Notes: generated by a model from the sequence alone, not told the origin. 64,000 nt of DNA from an uncultured Dorea sp. (GCA_910578495.1 CAJTRE010000003.1:71952-135951), one strand, 5' to 3'. Numbered from the stretch's first letter, positions 21,214 through 31,878 are shown. A program made the numbers and translations.

Positions 21214-21801
21214 TCACATCTGCCTTTCCAGCGTCTCGTCAGCCGCGGCCTCAACTTTGCGCGCCGACTCTTCACGAAGCACGCTGCGCAAATGTTTCAG
21301 ATACGGATGTACCTTTGCCTGCTCTTGACCATAGGTCATCTGAAGTTCATATTCCAATGGAAGCCATGTATCAAGAGAAGCCTCGTTGTGCTGAATAACT
21401 GCTTCCATCTTATCAAGCGCATGAACCACTTTCGCTTCCATCGTCTTATTTTCCCGAAGTTCCTTTATCAGAGCACGCAATTCCTCCCGGTGTTTATCCG
21501 GTAACATCTCCACAATCTTATCAATCTCTTGATTTTCTTTCGTCTCATCCGATTTTTTCTTTTCAAAACTAGGAATATCTCCTGTGACTGCCTCGCCAAT
21601 ATCATGAAATAAACACATTTTTAAGACTTTGTCCATGTCGCATTCTGGAAACTCTTCTTTCACAAGCCAGGAAAACACACACAATCTGTAAGTATGCTCC
21701 GCCACACTCTCGTGTCTTCCGCTGCTTGTCCAAGAATGTCTTGTATTACATTTTAGCTTTTCCGCTAAAGACATAAATTCCAATAATGTGCTGTGATCCA
21801 T
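21214..21801 (-). CDS. HD domain phosphohydrolase
   Basis: ESVAEH...HDIGEAVTGD...DKME motifs. Confidence 0.9.
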   Translation of the reverse strand: MDHSTLLEFMSLAEKLKCNTRHSWTSSGRHESVAEHTYRLCVFSWLVKEEFPECDMDKVLKMCLFHDIGEAVTGDIPSFEKKKSDETKENQEIDKIVEMLPDKHREELRALIKELRENKTMEAKVVHALDKMEAVIQHNEASLDTWLPLEYELQMTYGQEQAKVHPYLKHLRSVLREESARKVEAAADETLERQM

Positions 21802-21847
21802 CTCTATATTCCTCCTATATTTTTTCTTATGTTATTGATCATCTGAA

Positions 21848-22705
21848 CTATTTTTCCAAATATCTCTGTAACTCTCCAAATTGTCGTTTCATAAGTTTAT
21901 AACCATGCTCATAGAAATGCATCAGCGCATCATAATCTTTCTCAAGCCTTGACACTGTCGGAATCATAGGGCGGAGGACAAAGATTTTTTCTTCCTCTTC
22001 TAATTTTTCTACCAATTCCATCGTTTTATTATAAACTGTATTTCTACAGATTGAAGTTCTTACAAGCTTCGGATATTTTCGGTAAGCGCTCCGGTAAAGA
22101 TTTGAAGCTGCACGAGACACCGGTTTTTTCCTGTATCCCGGATTTCTTGTTAGAATTAGCACAATCTTCTCATTTCCAATCTCCATGGCGCGGCGTACAG
22201 GTATAGAATCCGCCAGACCGCCGTCCAGATAAGGAACATCGTCAATATTTACCATCGGAGACGCCAATGGCATACTGCTGGAAGCCCGGCAAATCTTCAT
22301 AAGTCTCTGCCTGTCACTGCCTTCTGTCATATATTCCGCTCTCCCAGTCTCACAGTTAGTCGTCACAATCTCACACATCATATCAGATGCAAAATAAGTG
22401 TCGTAGTCAAACGGAAAGATTTCATTCGGATACTTATCAAATACCAGATCCATATCCAGAATGCTCTTTTCCTTTATAAACTCACGAAATCCGTAATAGT
22501 AGTTATATTCTTTATCTTTTGGAATCATACAGTCTCTTGTTCTGCCAATCTGCTTCGATACATAGTCCACCCCGTTACAAGATCCGGCAGACACGCCGAT
22601 CACATGAGAAAAATACAGTTCCTGCTCCATCAGATAGTCTAAGACTCCTGATGTGAACACTCCTCTGGTAGCGCCGCCTTCCAGTACAATTGTTCCAGTT
22701 GTCAT
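21848..22705 (-). CDS. Patatin-like phospholipase family protein
   Basis: LEGGATRG, GVSAG, DGG motifs. Confidence 0.92.
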   Translation of the reverse strand: MTTGTIVLEGGATRGVFTSGVLDYLMEQELYFSHVIGVSAGSCNGVDYVSKQIGRTRDCMIPKDKEYNYYYGFREFIKEKSILDMDLVFDKYPNEIFPFDYDTYFASDMMCEIVTTNCETGRAEYMTEGSDRQRLMKICRASSSMPLASPMVNIDDVPYLDGGLADSIPVRRAMEIGNEKIVLILTRNPGYRKKPVSRAASNLYRSAYRKYPKLVRTSICRNTVYNKTMELVEKLEEEEKIFVLRPMIPTVSRLEKDYDALMHFYEHGYKLMKRQFGELQRYLEK

Positions 22706-22966
22706 AATTCGATTCCTCACTTTCTACGCCGATGATAAATAGACATACTCTATTATATACCTATTTCCCCTGTTCGCAACCCATAATCCAGAAATGTTAC
22801 GCAATAATCCACTCATTCATGACTCGTATACCGAATCGTGAAAAGCCTTGCCATTTCTTTCTATTTTTGTTACTATAAGCGTTGGATATATGTGAAATAA
22901 GTAACTGCCGGCAAATGTCTGAAGTATTGCCGGAAATGACAAACAGCGATAAGGAGTATGTGAATT

Positions 22967-24601
22967 ATGATAAGCACAAGCAATATTACACTGCGTGTCG
23001 GAAAAAAAGCATTATTTGAAGATGTTAATATCAAATTTACCGAGGGTAACTGTTACGGGCTCATCGGTGCAAACGGAGCCGGAAAGTCAACATTTTTAAG
23101 AATCTTATCCGGTCAGCTTGAACCAAGCAAAGGAGAAGTCATTATTACCCCGGGAGAACGTCTTTCTTTCTTGCAGCAGGATCATTTCAAATATGATGAA
23201 TACCCGGTACTTGATACGGTTATGATGGGAAATGCAAGATTATATGAGATTATGAAGGAAAAGGAAGCCATCTACGCCAAGGAAGACTTCTCAGACGAAG
23301 ACGGTATCAAAGCCAGCGAATTAGAAGGAGAATTTGCCTCTATGAACGGATGGGAGGCAGAATCCGACGCTGCTTCTCTGTTAAACGGTCTTGGCATTGA
23401 TACGGAGTTCCACTATGAAATCATGAAAAACTTAGACGGCCCTAAAAAGGTAAAGGTTCTTCTTGCCCAGGCGCTGTTCGGCAATCCCGACATCCTGCTT
23501 CTTGACGAGCCTACCAACCACTTGGACTTAGACGCTATTGCATGGTTAGAAGAATTCTTAATCAACTTTGACAACACTGTTATCGTCGTATCTCATGACC
23601 GTTACTTCTTAAATAAAGTATGTACACAGATTGCAGATATTGACTACGGTAAAATTAAACTGTATGCCGGAAACTACGATTTCTGGTATGAGTCCAGTCA
23701 GCTTCTCATTCGTCAGATGAAAGAAGCGAATAAGAAAAAGGAAGAAAAAATCAAAGAATTGCAAGAATTTATCTCCCGTTTCAGCGCCAACGCTTCCAAG
23801 TCAAAGCAGGCAACTTCTAGAAAACGGGCCCTCGAGAAAATTCAGCTCGATGACATCCAGCCATCCAGCCGTAAATATCCTTACATTGATTTTCGTCCAA
23901 ACCGCACCATTGGTAATGATGTTCTCACTGTAGAAGGATTGAGCAAAACCATTGATGGTGAAAAAGTGCTGGATAACATTTCCTTTACTTTAAACCACGA
24001 TGATAAAGTTGCTTTCGTTGGAAGTAACGAGCTTGCAAAGACTACTCTGTTCCAAATTCTTACCGGGGCAATGGAGCCGGACGAAGGCTTTTATAAATGG
24101 GGAATCACAACTTCACAGTCCTATTTCCCATTAGATTTCGGTGAAGAGTTTAACAACGACTACACCATCGTAGAATGGCTGACACAGTATTCTGAAGAAA
24201 AGGACGCAACTTATGTCCGCGGTTTCTTAGGAAGAATGCTCTTTGGCGGAGATGACGGCGTAAAACGTGTAAGTGTCTTATCCGGTGGAGAAAAAGTGCG
24301 TTGTATGTTATCTAAAATGATGATCTCCGGCTCTAACGTTCTTATTTTAGACGAGCCTACTAACCACTTAGATATGGAATCCATCACAGCGCTCAACAAC
24401 GGAATGACCAAATTCCCAGGCGTACTACTGTTTTCCTGCCGCGATCACCAAATTGTGCAGACAACGGCAAACCGTATTATGGAGATTGTTCCGGGCGGTA
24501 AACTCATCGATAAAATTACAACTTACGACGAGTATCTGGAAAGCGATGAGATGGCAAGAAAACGTGCAACTTACACAATTGCAAAAGAAGAAGACGATTA
24601 A
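22967..24601 (+). CDS. ABC-F family ATPase (YkpA/YbiT-like)
   Basis: Two NBDs (GANGAGKST, LDEPTNHLD twice), linker RFSANASKSKQATSR, no TM segments. Confidence 0.92.
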   Translation: MISTSNITLRVGKKALFEDVNIKFTEGNCYGLIGANGAGKSTFLRILSGQLEPSKGEVIITPGERLSFLQQDHFKYDEYPVLDTVMMGNARLYEIMKEKEAIYAKEDFSDEDGIKASELEGEFASMNGWEAESDAASLLNGLGIDTEFHYEIMKNLDGPKKVKVLLAQALFGNPDILLLDEPTNHLDLDAIAWLEEFLINFDNTVIVVSHDRYFLNKVCTQIADIDYGKIKLYAGNYDFWYESSQLLIRQMKEANKKKEEKIKELQEFISRFSANASKSKQATSRKRALEKIQLDDIQPSSRKYPYIDFRPNRTIGNDVLTVEGLSKTIDGEKVLDNISFTLNHDDKVAFVGSNELAKTTLFQILTGAMEPDEGFYKWGITTSQSYFPLDFGEEFNNDYTIVEWLTQYSEEKDATYVRGFLGRMLFGGDDGVKRVSVLSGGEKVRCMLSKMMISGSNVLILDEPTNHLDMESITALNNGMTKFPGVLLFSCRDHQIVQTTANRIMEIVPGGKLIDKITTYDEYLESDEMARKRATYTIAKEEDD

Positions 24602-24614
24602 AATACGTTATATT

Positions 24615-24653
24615 AAAAAAGCCGCCCTGCAAAAACCAGGACAGCTTTTTTTT
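24615..24653. terminator. Bidirectional terminator between ABC-F and trpS
   Basis: AAAAAAGC..CCTG/CAGG..GCTTTTTTT between convergent genes. Confidence 0.7.
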
Positions 24654-24660
24654 GCTGTAA

Positions 24661-25665
24661 TTATCGAATCCGCTCCGGAAATCCAATTTTCTTCTGCACT
24701 TTTCGCAAAGTCTTCATAGCAAAATAATTAGCTTTCTCTGCATTATTCTTAATAATACCATCAATATACGCCTTATCTTTCTCAAGTCTTGCGACTTCAT
24801 CCTGCAACGGTTTCAGCACAGACACTACAGCCTCGCCCACTGCCATTTTGAAATCGCCGTACCCCTTACCGTCAAACTCTGCCACAACTTCTTCCGGCTT
24901 CTTCCCAGTACAAGCGCTGTAAATATCAATCAAATTTTTCACACCCGGCTGCTCCTCACGATACTGGATCTGTGCTTCCGAATCTGTCACTGCACGTTTG
25001 CATTTACGCATAACCGTATCCATGTCATCCATAAGGTAAATGCTGGCATTGGGATTCTCATCAGACTTTGACATCTTCTTTGCCGGATCTTGAAGACTCA
25101 TAATCTTCGCTCCCACTTTTCCAATATAAGGCTCCGGCACTGTAAATACATCTCCATAAATGTTATTAAACCGCTCTGCAATATCTCTTGTAATCTCTAA
25201 ATGCTGCATCTGGTCAATGCCAACCGGAACTACATCCGCCTGATATAACAGAATATCTGCCGCCATCAATACAGGATACGTGAAAAGTCCTGCATTGATA
25301 TTATCTGCATGTTTTGCAGACTTGTCTTTAAACTGTGTCATACGGTTCAATTCACCCATATAGGTAAAGCAGTTTAAAATCCATGCAAGTTCCGCATGCC
25401 CGGACACATGGGACTGGTAATAAATACAGTTTTTCTCCGGATCAAGCCCTGCCGCAATATAAAGTGTAAGAAGGGCTCTCGCCCGCTTTCTAAGTTCCGC
25501 CGGATTCTGTCTTACCGTAATGGAATGCATATCTACCACACTATAAAAACACTCGTACTCATCGCTTAATGTCACCCAGTTTTTAAGCGCCCCCAGATAA
25601 TTTCCCAACGTCAGATTTCCCGTTGCCTGCATACCGCTGAATAGCACTTTTTTATCTCCTAACAT
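24661..25665 (-). CDS. trpS: Tryptophan--tRNA ligase
   Basis: TLGNYLGA, YPVLMAADIL, VPVGIDQ, KMSKS motifs. Confidence 0.97.
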   Translation of the reverse strand: MLGDKKVLFSGMQATGNLTLGNYLGALKNWVTLSDEYECFYSVVDMHSITVRQNPAELRKRARALLTLYIAAGLDPEKNCIYYQSHVSGHAELAWILNCFTYMGELNRMTQFKDKSAKHADNINAGLFTYPVLMAADILLYQADVVPVGIDQMQHLEITRDIAERFNNIYGDVFTVPEPYIGKVGAKIMSLQDPAKKMSKSDENPNASIYLMDDMDTVMRKCKRAVTDSEAQIQYREEQPGVKNLIDIYSACTGKKPEEVVAEFDGKGYGDFKMAVGEAVVSVLKPLQDEVARLEKDKAYIDGIIKNNAEKANYFAMKTLRKVQKKIGFPERIR

Positions 25666-25716
25666 TTCTCATTCCTCCTGAATTTTATAATCTCATATAT
25701 AAATTTTTATTTCTAT

Positions 25717-26346
25717 TTACCAAGGTTTCACTTCATCTTTATAATAAACTTGATTCTCTGACAATATCTCAGAACCTTTATCTGTCACTTCCACTTCTGT
25801 CACTGCACAGTTTTTGTGTACGCCGACACCCCAGTATTCCGAAAGATCTTTTCCCTTGATATTATTTAAAAGTCCTGCTAATGCCGCCCCATGGGTTGTC
25901 ACCAGAATATTACTGTCTTTTAGTTCTTCCCTGTGAAACAGCCAGTTTAAAAATGCTCCCGTTCGTTCTTTCACATCAACAAAACTTTCTCCATCTTCTG
26001 CTGGCACAAAATGTTCCGGATCGTCAAAAAACTTCCGAAAAGAATCCGGCACGTCCCATTGTTCTTTAGAACAGCACCTTCCTTCATATGCCCCAAATGA
26101 CATTTCTTCAATCCGTTTATCATCTATGATTGGAACATTCTTTCCCTCTAAAATAATCTGAGCCGTATGCCTCGCCCTTCCAAGAGGACTTGTGAAACAT
26201 ACATCAAATTTAACATCTTTTAATCCTTTTGCCGTCTCCTCTGCCAGATGGATTCCGAACGCATTCAGCGGAATATCCACCTGTCCTTGAATCTTTCGTT
26301 CCTTATTCCAATCAGTCTCACCATGTCTTACAAAATATATTTTCAC
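25717..26346 (-). CDS. Histidine phosphatase family protein
   Basis: RHGET, SPLGRA, THG motifs; GTG start inferred. Confidence 0.9.
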   Translation of the reverse strand: MKIYFVRHGETDWNKERKIQGQVDIPLNAFGIHLAEETAKGLKDVKFDVCFTSPLGRARHTAQIILEGKNVPIIDDKRIEEMSFGAYEGRCCSKEQWDVPDSFRKFFDDPEHFVPAEDGESFVDVKERTGAFLNWLFHREELKDSNILVTTHGAALAGLLNNIKGKDLSEYWGVGVHKNCAVTEVEVTDKGSEILSENQVYYKDEVKPW

Positions 26347-26475
26347 ATCTGTCACCTCATACCTTGATAGTATAACATATCTTACCGTTTTTTTCATAGT
26401 AAATCTGATGAAAAAGTGCTATGATGTTTTATAGAAATAAAAAAATAATCAAACAGATAAAAAAGGAGAAGCAAA

Positions 26476-26955
26476 ATGGAGAAAATAACAAGTTTTACGA
26501 TTGATCACATAAAACTAAAACCAGGGGTATATGTATCCCGCATTGACAATGTGGAAGGTCATCCTGTTACTACCTTTGACCTTCGCATGACAAGCCCTAA
26601 CGATGAACCTGTGATGAATACAGCGGAAATGCACACCATTGAACATCTTGCCGCCACATTTTTAAGAAATCACCTCGAATTCGGCAATAAAACCATTTAC
26701 TTTGGACCGATGGGCTGTCGCACAGGCTTCTACCTTCTGCTTTCCGGAAAATATGAATCCCGCGACATTGTACCACTAATGAAAGAAATGTTTACTTTCA
26801 TCGCAGAATTTCACGACGAAGTTCCGGGAGCTTCCGCCAAAGACTGCGGCAACTATTTAGATATGAACCTTCCAATGGCGAATTATCTGGCGAAAAAATA
26901 TTTAAATAATGTGTTAAGTGATATTTCCGAAGAACAATTAATATATCCAGAATGA
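26476..26955 (+). CDS. luxS: S-ribosylhomocysteine lyase
   Basis: SFTIDH, HTIEH, GPMGCRTGFY, CGNY motifs. Confidence 0.97.
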   Translation: MEKITSFTIDHIKLKPGVYVSRIDNVEGHPVTTFDLRMTSPNDEPVMNTAEMHTIEHLAATFLRNHLEFGNKTIYFGPMGCRTGFYLLLSGKYESRDIVPLMKEMFTFIAEFHDEVPGASAKDCGNYLDMNLPMANYLAKKYLNNVLSDISEEQLIYPE

Positions 26956-26959
26956 TATC

Positions 26960-26997
26960 AGTAAAAAAGTACAGCCAATTAGCTGTACTTTTTTACT
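26960..26997. terminator. Bidirectional terminator after luxS
   Basis: AGTAAAAAAGTACAGC-CAATTA-GCTGTACTTTTTTACT perfect stem. Confidence 0.85.
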
Positions 26998-27052
26998 CAA
27001 AACTCCATGGCTTATTATCCCCCCTGTATTTCAAAACATATTGTGTATAAAT

Positions 27053-28762
27053 CTATAAGTCGTTTTGAAACTCTTCTATTTTCTCTTTAACCACTACATC
27101 AATATAATATTTCCACATCGGTGCATCCACCATATCTCTGTTGAATTCGCATTTTAATATCAACGATTGCAATCTTTCTGGCTCTACCTTTTTTGCTTCA
27201 AACATTGCCACAAAATATCTCTGAAACTGTTCCAATGTTAACGGAACAATATCTAATCTCTGTTTCACATTGCCCTTTGCATACCAAATACCATGTCTGA
27301 AAGTTTCCACAGTATTCGTATCAATCTTGACTGCAATAAACATCCCATATACAGGCTTATTGTATTTCAGAACTGCATCAGAAACATGACGTCTAACTGG
27401 TTCTCCCTCCATCGCTTCCTGTCGGGACGATGTTGACATTGTAACTTCTGTCAAGATTGTAAAATCTTCGTATTCCCAATACAAATCGCCTTTTCCTCCG
27501 CCTGCAGCTGATACTGGTAAGAAATCCGAATCCAAACGGAACCCCCGCACTTCATATGGTTTATTAACCATGTGATCCATTGCGAGTGCCGCTCTCCATA
27601 ACACCCATTCGAGATATGCAGGTGTTTCATCTTTTGGAACTTCAATGGCATTATCTTCGTCATATACAAGTTTACCGCCACCCTTCATAAGAAGTGACAT
27701 ATAATCTGCAATTTCTCTCCACTGATTACACTGTTCATTTGCATAAACAATTTCATTGGTTTGTGCCAAAATATTTTCCAGACGCTGTGTGGCAATGTTG
27801 ATCTCGTTAGAATTGGTTAATGGCAGATCTGAAATATCAAACACAATATGACGTTCTTTCATCTGTTTCTTCAGATCGTCCAACAAGACTTTTGCAACAT
27901 CCATATCATCTGTTGGTAATGGTGCACCATTACATAATTTTTGATATTGACACATAACAGATTCCTGACATGCAGTATTCTTTGCAATTTTTTCTGCCAA
28001 AACATGCTTTGCCGGCATAATTATAAGACCTCTTCCTTTTCGCTGAAGCACACCGGAAATGCGAAGATATCTCATATTCATATCACTATAATCCAAGAAA
28101 TTATCGTTTTTCTTGTCGTAATTTTCGCCTCTTTTTTCTATTTCCTTTTTATCAAACAGACGTTTTGCTGGCGCAGTTTCCCTTCTGCTTCTTAAATCAA
28201 GAATATTGTCAACCACATCGTTCAAATCATAACTCGGATTAGTTGTATGTCCCCACAATGCAAATTCAATTCGACTAAGCTCTGATGAACCTGTTCTTTT
28301 TTCTAATTCCAACATAATAGCCAACAGCCATCTTAATGGCGAAAAATAACCATCGCCATCCGGTATGGGAAACTGTTCCACACTCATCGCACGCAAATAG
28401 CATTCTTGAACAGCAGGATAAGTATCTGCTCTTAAAAAAGCTTTACCAAATGGTGTCAAATCATCAAGTGCTCCGAGTTCTTCCTGTTTTCCGTCTGCTT
28501 TTCTCACTTGTGGATAAATAAAACCATTTTTTGCAAACATCAATCTCCATTTACGAGCATGACTTCCTGATTCATCTTTTCCGCTTTCATTCTGAATGAT
28601 ACCTTTTTCATTCAGCAAATTCATAAATCCAATTTCCTGCTCTCTTCCTCGCAGATTTCCAACAAATGGCGAGTTTGTAAAAACAGAAAAACCTTCCTGA
28701 ATTCGATTAGGATTTCTCAAGCCAGTATTACCGACTAACCAAATATCAATTTTTTCATTCAT
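27053..28762 (-). CDS. AlwI-family type II(S) restriction endonuclease
   Basis: N-terminal GNTGLRNP; C-terminal YLEW..AAGGGKGD...EVTMSTSSRQEAMEGEPVRRH (PD-ExT-type); adjacent to methyltransferases. Confidence 0.8.
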   Translation of the reverse strand: MNEKIDIWLVGNTGLRNPNRIQEGFSVFTNSPFVGNLRGREQEIGFMNLLNEKGIIQNESGKDESGSHARKWRLMFAKNGFIYPQVRKADGKQEELGALDDLTPFGKAFLRADTYPAVQECYLRAMSVEQFPIPDGDGYFSPLRWLLAIMLELEKRTGSSELSRIEFALWGHTTNPSYDLNDVVDNILDLRSRRETAPAKRLFDKKEIEKRGENYDKKNDNFLDYSDMNMRYLRISGVLQRKGRGLIIMPAKHVLAEKIAKNTACQESVMCQYQKLCNGAPLPTDDMDVAKVLLDDLKKQMKERHIVFDISDLPLTNSNEINIATQRLENILAQTNEIVYANEQCNQWREIADYMSLLMKGGGKLVYDEDNAIEVPKDETPAYLEWVLWRAALAMDHMVNKPYEVRGFRLDSDFLPVSAAGGGKGDLYWEYEDFTILTEVTMSTSSRQEAMEGEPVRRHVSDAVLKYNKPVYGMFIAVKIDTNTVETFRHGIWYAKGNVKQRLDIVPLTLEQFQRYFVAMFEAKKVEPERLQSLILKCEFNRDMVDAPMWKYYIDVVVKEKIEEFQNDL

Positions 28763-28776
28763 AGTGTAACCTCTTA

Positions 28777-30672
28777 TCAAAATCCAACAAACAGATATTC
28801 CTGCACTCTATTTCTATTCGTTTTTGCTACATTTTGGTTTCCAAAAGAATAGGTATAGTCTATTGGAATGACTTCCACATGTTGTTTGTATTTCGCCATA
28901 ATTGCAACCATTTCATCCTGTGTTGGTAAACTGTTAGACGAATAGGATACAATTAAAATACTATCTTTAAACTTTTTAAATAACTGGTCAAAAGCATCCG
29001 CAGCACCTTTTCTTGTTGAAAAGGGAGTCGGATATGATTTAAATTTTTTAGTCAATGTATTCTGCTGGATTTCCACACCTTTCCAATTTCGTGCTAACCC
29101 TTCCACAAAATGATAACGTCTCACGTATTCATTATCAGAAAGTGGAGAATAATATGGTGGATCAATATATACAAGGTCTGGGGTTCCTACCTTAAGCTCC
29201 ATCGCATCTCCATGCTTTGCCTTATTAACTTTACCATTATCAAATACTGCTTCATTTACAGCCTGTACCGCTTCTAAAAATTGTTGTTCTAACGATTTTT
29301 TCAAATCTTTACGACCATCGTTATATCTATCTCCAGTATAAGTAAAAATTCCACGAGGACGCTTTTTGGTACATGCACGAATTAATGCCGTCATCGCAAT
29401 TACATATTTATATGGGTCTTTAAGAGCCGCAATATTCATCCTCAAAATATCTATTAAATCATTTTCCTCATCCGTATAATACAACCCCTGAAATGTATTT
29501 GCAACAAAGTGATCTGACTTTTTTGATGGTAATAATAATTTTTCAGCTTCTTTAATAGGCAAAATAGTTTCGTTATTTTCAATCATAGCCTTGGCAAACG
29601 TTGCAGACATAGCCATATAATCATTACTAATTACCGATTTTCCCTGAGTTTTAAACATGTATCCAACAATTCCAGAACCTGAAAATAAATCTACTACCGT
29701 ATTAAACTCAAATTGTGATGCTACCGACCAAATTTCTGAAAGTAATTTACTTTTAGAACCCATAAATCTTGTCGCCGGATATTTACTCATTTGCTCTGGC
29801 AACACTTCTGGAACCGGTTTAATAATCATTTTTCTTTTTGGAGGAACTGTTACAATAATATCTTCACCTTTTCGATTACTTCCGCTGCATGATATAAATC
29901 GTTTCGTCTGAATCACTTCAATATTGAATGGTTCATACAATTCATGCACTAAGGGATGATTAGAATTTGTCAAAATTACATGGCATCCTAATTCCTGCAA
30001 ACGGAATACTTCTCTTGCCAGTTCAATATGATCTTCTTCATAAAACTGTTCTTTTGTATAACGCTTAAAATCTGCATTTTCAGAAATCGGTATATATGGT
30101 GGATCTAAAAAAATAAAATCCCCCTGTCTTGCATATTCCTTTAATACAGATAAATAATCTCCACAAACTATATTAGCTTTCTTCAACGCTTCTGATGCCA
30201 CATACAACGTCTCTATATCGCAAATATTTGGTGATTTATATTTTCCAAACGGAACATTAAACTTACCCTTTTTATTTACACGATAAAGTCCGTTGAAGCA
30301 GGTTTTATTCAAATAAATTGTTCTTGCTGCCGCTTCAGTCTGTGGCAAATCTTGCCACTCCAATGCTCTAACCTCGTAGAACATTTCCTGTGTATTTTCA
30401 TATTGATTCAGATATTTAATTACTTCGCCTACATTGTCAGCAACTTGGGTATACATATTGATCAATTCCAGATTACTATCTGCAATAACTGCATCGTTTG
30501 GATTCAATGCAAAAAACATTGCTCCACCACCAACAAATGGCTCAATATATCGACCGTACGAATCAGGCACTTTAGGCAATAAATCTCCTAACATCTGCGT
30601 TTTACCTCCTGCCCATTTTAATATAGGCTTTGCTTGTATATAACTTTTCTTTACAAGTGCTCGCTCTGACAT
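28777..30672 (-). CDS. Fused two-domain N6-adenine DNA methyltransferase (Dam/D12-class domain + FokI-like domain)
   Basis: Domain 1: KWAGGK, EPFVGGG, DPPY; domain 2: FMGSK, DLFSGSG, DPPY. Confidence 0.92.
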   Translation of the reverse strand: MSERALVKKSYIQAKPILKWAGGKTQMLGDLLPKVPDSYGRYIEPFVGGGAMFFALNPNDAVIADSNLELINMYTQVADNVGEVIKYLNQYENTQEMFYEVRALEWQDLPQTEAAARTIYLNKTCFNGLYRVNKKGKFNVPFGKYKSPNICDIETLYVASEALKKANIVCGDYLSVLKEYARQGDFIFLDPPYIPISENADFKRYTKEQFYEEDHIELAREVFRLQELGCHVILTNSNHPLVHELYEPFNIEVIQTKRFISCSGSNRKGEDIIVTVPPKRKMIIKPVPEVLPEQMSKYPATRFMGSKSKLLSEIWSVASQFEFNTVVDLFSGSGIVGYMFKTQGKSVISNDYMAMSATFAKAMIENNETILPIKEAEKLLLPSKKSDHFVANTFQGLYYTDEENDLIDILRMNIAALKDPYKYVIAMTALIRACTKKRPRGIFTYTGDRYNDGRKDLKKSLEQQFLEAVQAVNEAVFDNGKVNKAKHGDAMELKVGTPDLVYIDPPYYSPLSDNEYVRRYHFVEGLARNWKGVEIQQNTLTKKFKSYPTPFSTRKGAADAFDQLFKKFKDSILIVSYSSNSLPTQDEMVAIMAKYKQHVEVIPIDYTYSFGNQNVAKTNRNRVQEYLFVGF

Positions 30673-30686
30673 AGTATTTCCTTTCA

Positions 30687-30893
30687 TTATGATTCAATCT
30701 CCGTAATTTCCATAATGTCACTTATATCGCATTTCAACGCTATACTGCTCTGCAGTAATACATCTATAGTATCCATTTTTGTTCTTTCCCAACTTAGCCA
30801 TTGATGCATGACTAACTTCCACAGCAACACACAGATTTTTTTCATATCCTTATTTATCAATAATTTTCACAATTTTTTGTAACTAATTTCCAT
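30687..30893 (-). pseudogene. Frameshifted Cro/C1-type HTH regulator (possible R-M controller)
   Basis: Fragments MEISYKK..IIDK / LCVAVEVSHASMAKLGKN / ALKCDISDIMEITEIES in different frames; AGAGGAG RBS. Confidence 0.75.
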
Positions 30894-30983
30894 TTCACTC
30901 CTCTTGTACTCACTTCAGTGAACATTAGTTCTCATTACTTTACTTACTAAGTATACTCTAAGAATTCAGCAAAGGCAACTAAA

Positions 30984-31003
30984 AATTCAGCGTTTACTGA
31001 ATT
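30984..31003. promoter_or_regulatory. Inverted repeat upstream of the HTH pseudogene (possible operator)
   Basis: AATTCAG-CGTTTA-CTGAATT; a further AATTCAGC half-site at 30963-30970. Confidence 0.45.
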
Positions 31004-31010
31004 ATATCTC

Positions 31011-31745
31011 TTACAGATTCTCTAATACAAATATGTATTCATGTGCTAACATCAAAAAATTTTTCTTCTTTTTCTGCCAATATTCTGTTGCTCTGCAATT
31101 ATGTTGCTCTTTAATTATGATCTCCTTTAATTTGAAACCAGATTCCAGAAACACATTCATACTATTCATCCCTAAAGGGCAAACATATCCTTTCTCACGT
31201 ATATCGCCAATCATAAAAGCGCAAACAGCACTTTTCTTTAAAACTCTATTCGCTTCTACTGCTACATCTTTCATTGCCAATAGAAAATCATCATATGGCA
31301 AATGAGACATATCCCCTGGGATGTTATCACTGTATTCAATAATATCGGCATATGGTGGATGTGTGCAAATCATATCAATACTGTCGTTTTTAACAAATGA
31401 TAAATCTCTTGCATTTCCCTGACGGGTGAAAATTTTTGAACTTGTTTGAATTGAAAAATTAAGATTATAATTAGATAATTTGATGGCGTCTGAATTAACA
31501 TCTATTCCAATGGCGTTTCTTTCCAAAAGTTTTGCCTCAATCAATGTTGTCCCACTTCCCAAGAATTGATCCAATACCCAATCGTTTTCTTTGGTATATC
31601 GTAAGATAAGATTTCGAGGAATATAAGGTGACCAATTGCCCCTATATTTTCCTGAATGTGTTGCCCATTTTCCTCTCTCTGGAAATGACCATATTGTAGA
31701 TTCTTCTAATTTAAAATTTTCTGGTCCTTCTCTTATAAAAAACAT
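31011..31745 (-). CDS. Amino-type DNA methyltransferase (N4-C/N6-A) with THPPY motif
   Basis: DQFLGSGTT motif I followed by THPPY motif IV variant; N-terminal YRGNWSPYIPRNLILRY. Confidence 0.8.
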   Translation of the reverse strand: MFFIREGPENFKLEESTIWSFPERGKWATHSGKYRGNWSPYIPRNLILRYTKENDWVLDQFLGSGTTLIEAKLLERNAIGIDVNSDAIKLSNYNLNFSIQTSSKIFTRQGNARDLSFVKNDSIDMICTHPPYADIIEYSDNIPGDMSHLPYDDFLLAMKDVAVEANRVLKKSAVCAFMIGDIREKGYVCPLGMNSMNVFLESGFKLKEIIIKEQHNCRATEYWQKKKKNFLMLAHEYIFVLENL

Positions 31746-31878
31746 CTCCTTTAAATATAAAATTCTTATTAACTTCAGATGGAGAAGAACAAAAACAAAC
31801 TTTATTATTTACAAACCTAAATAAATCTGTACTATTCGAACCCTGTAACACGTTCTTCTCACATCAAAATCTCAATTA

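Noticed and set aside
22905..22935. CCGGCAA..TTGCCGG hairpin and possible uORF upstream of the ABC-F gene
   Set aside because: No U-tract and no RBS for the uORF; the ABC-F looks like a housekeeping type, so an attenuator is unsupported
27000..31870. R-M cassette as an integrative element with att sites
   Set aside because: No integrase/transposase and no direct repeats seen at the borders
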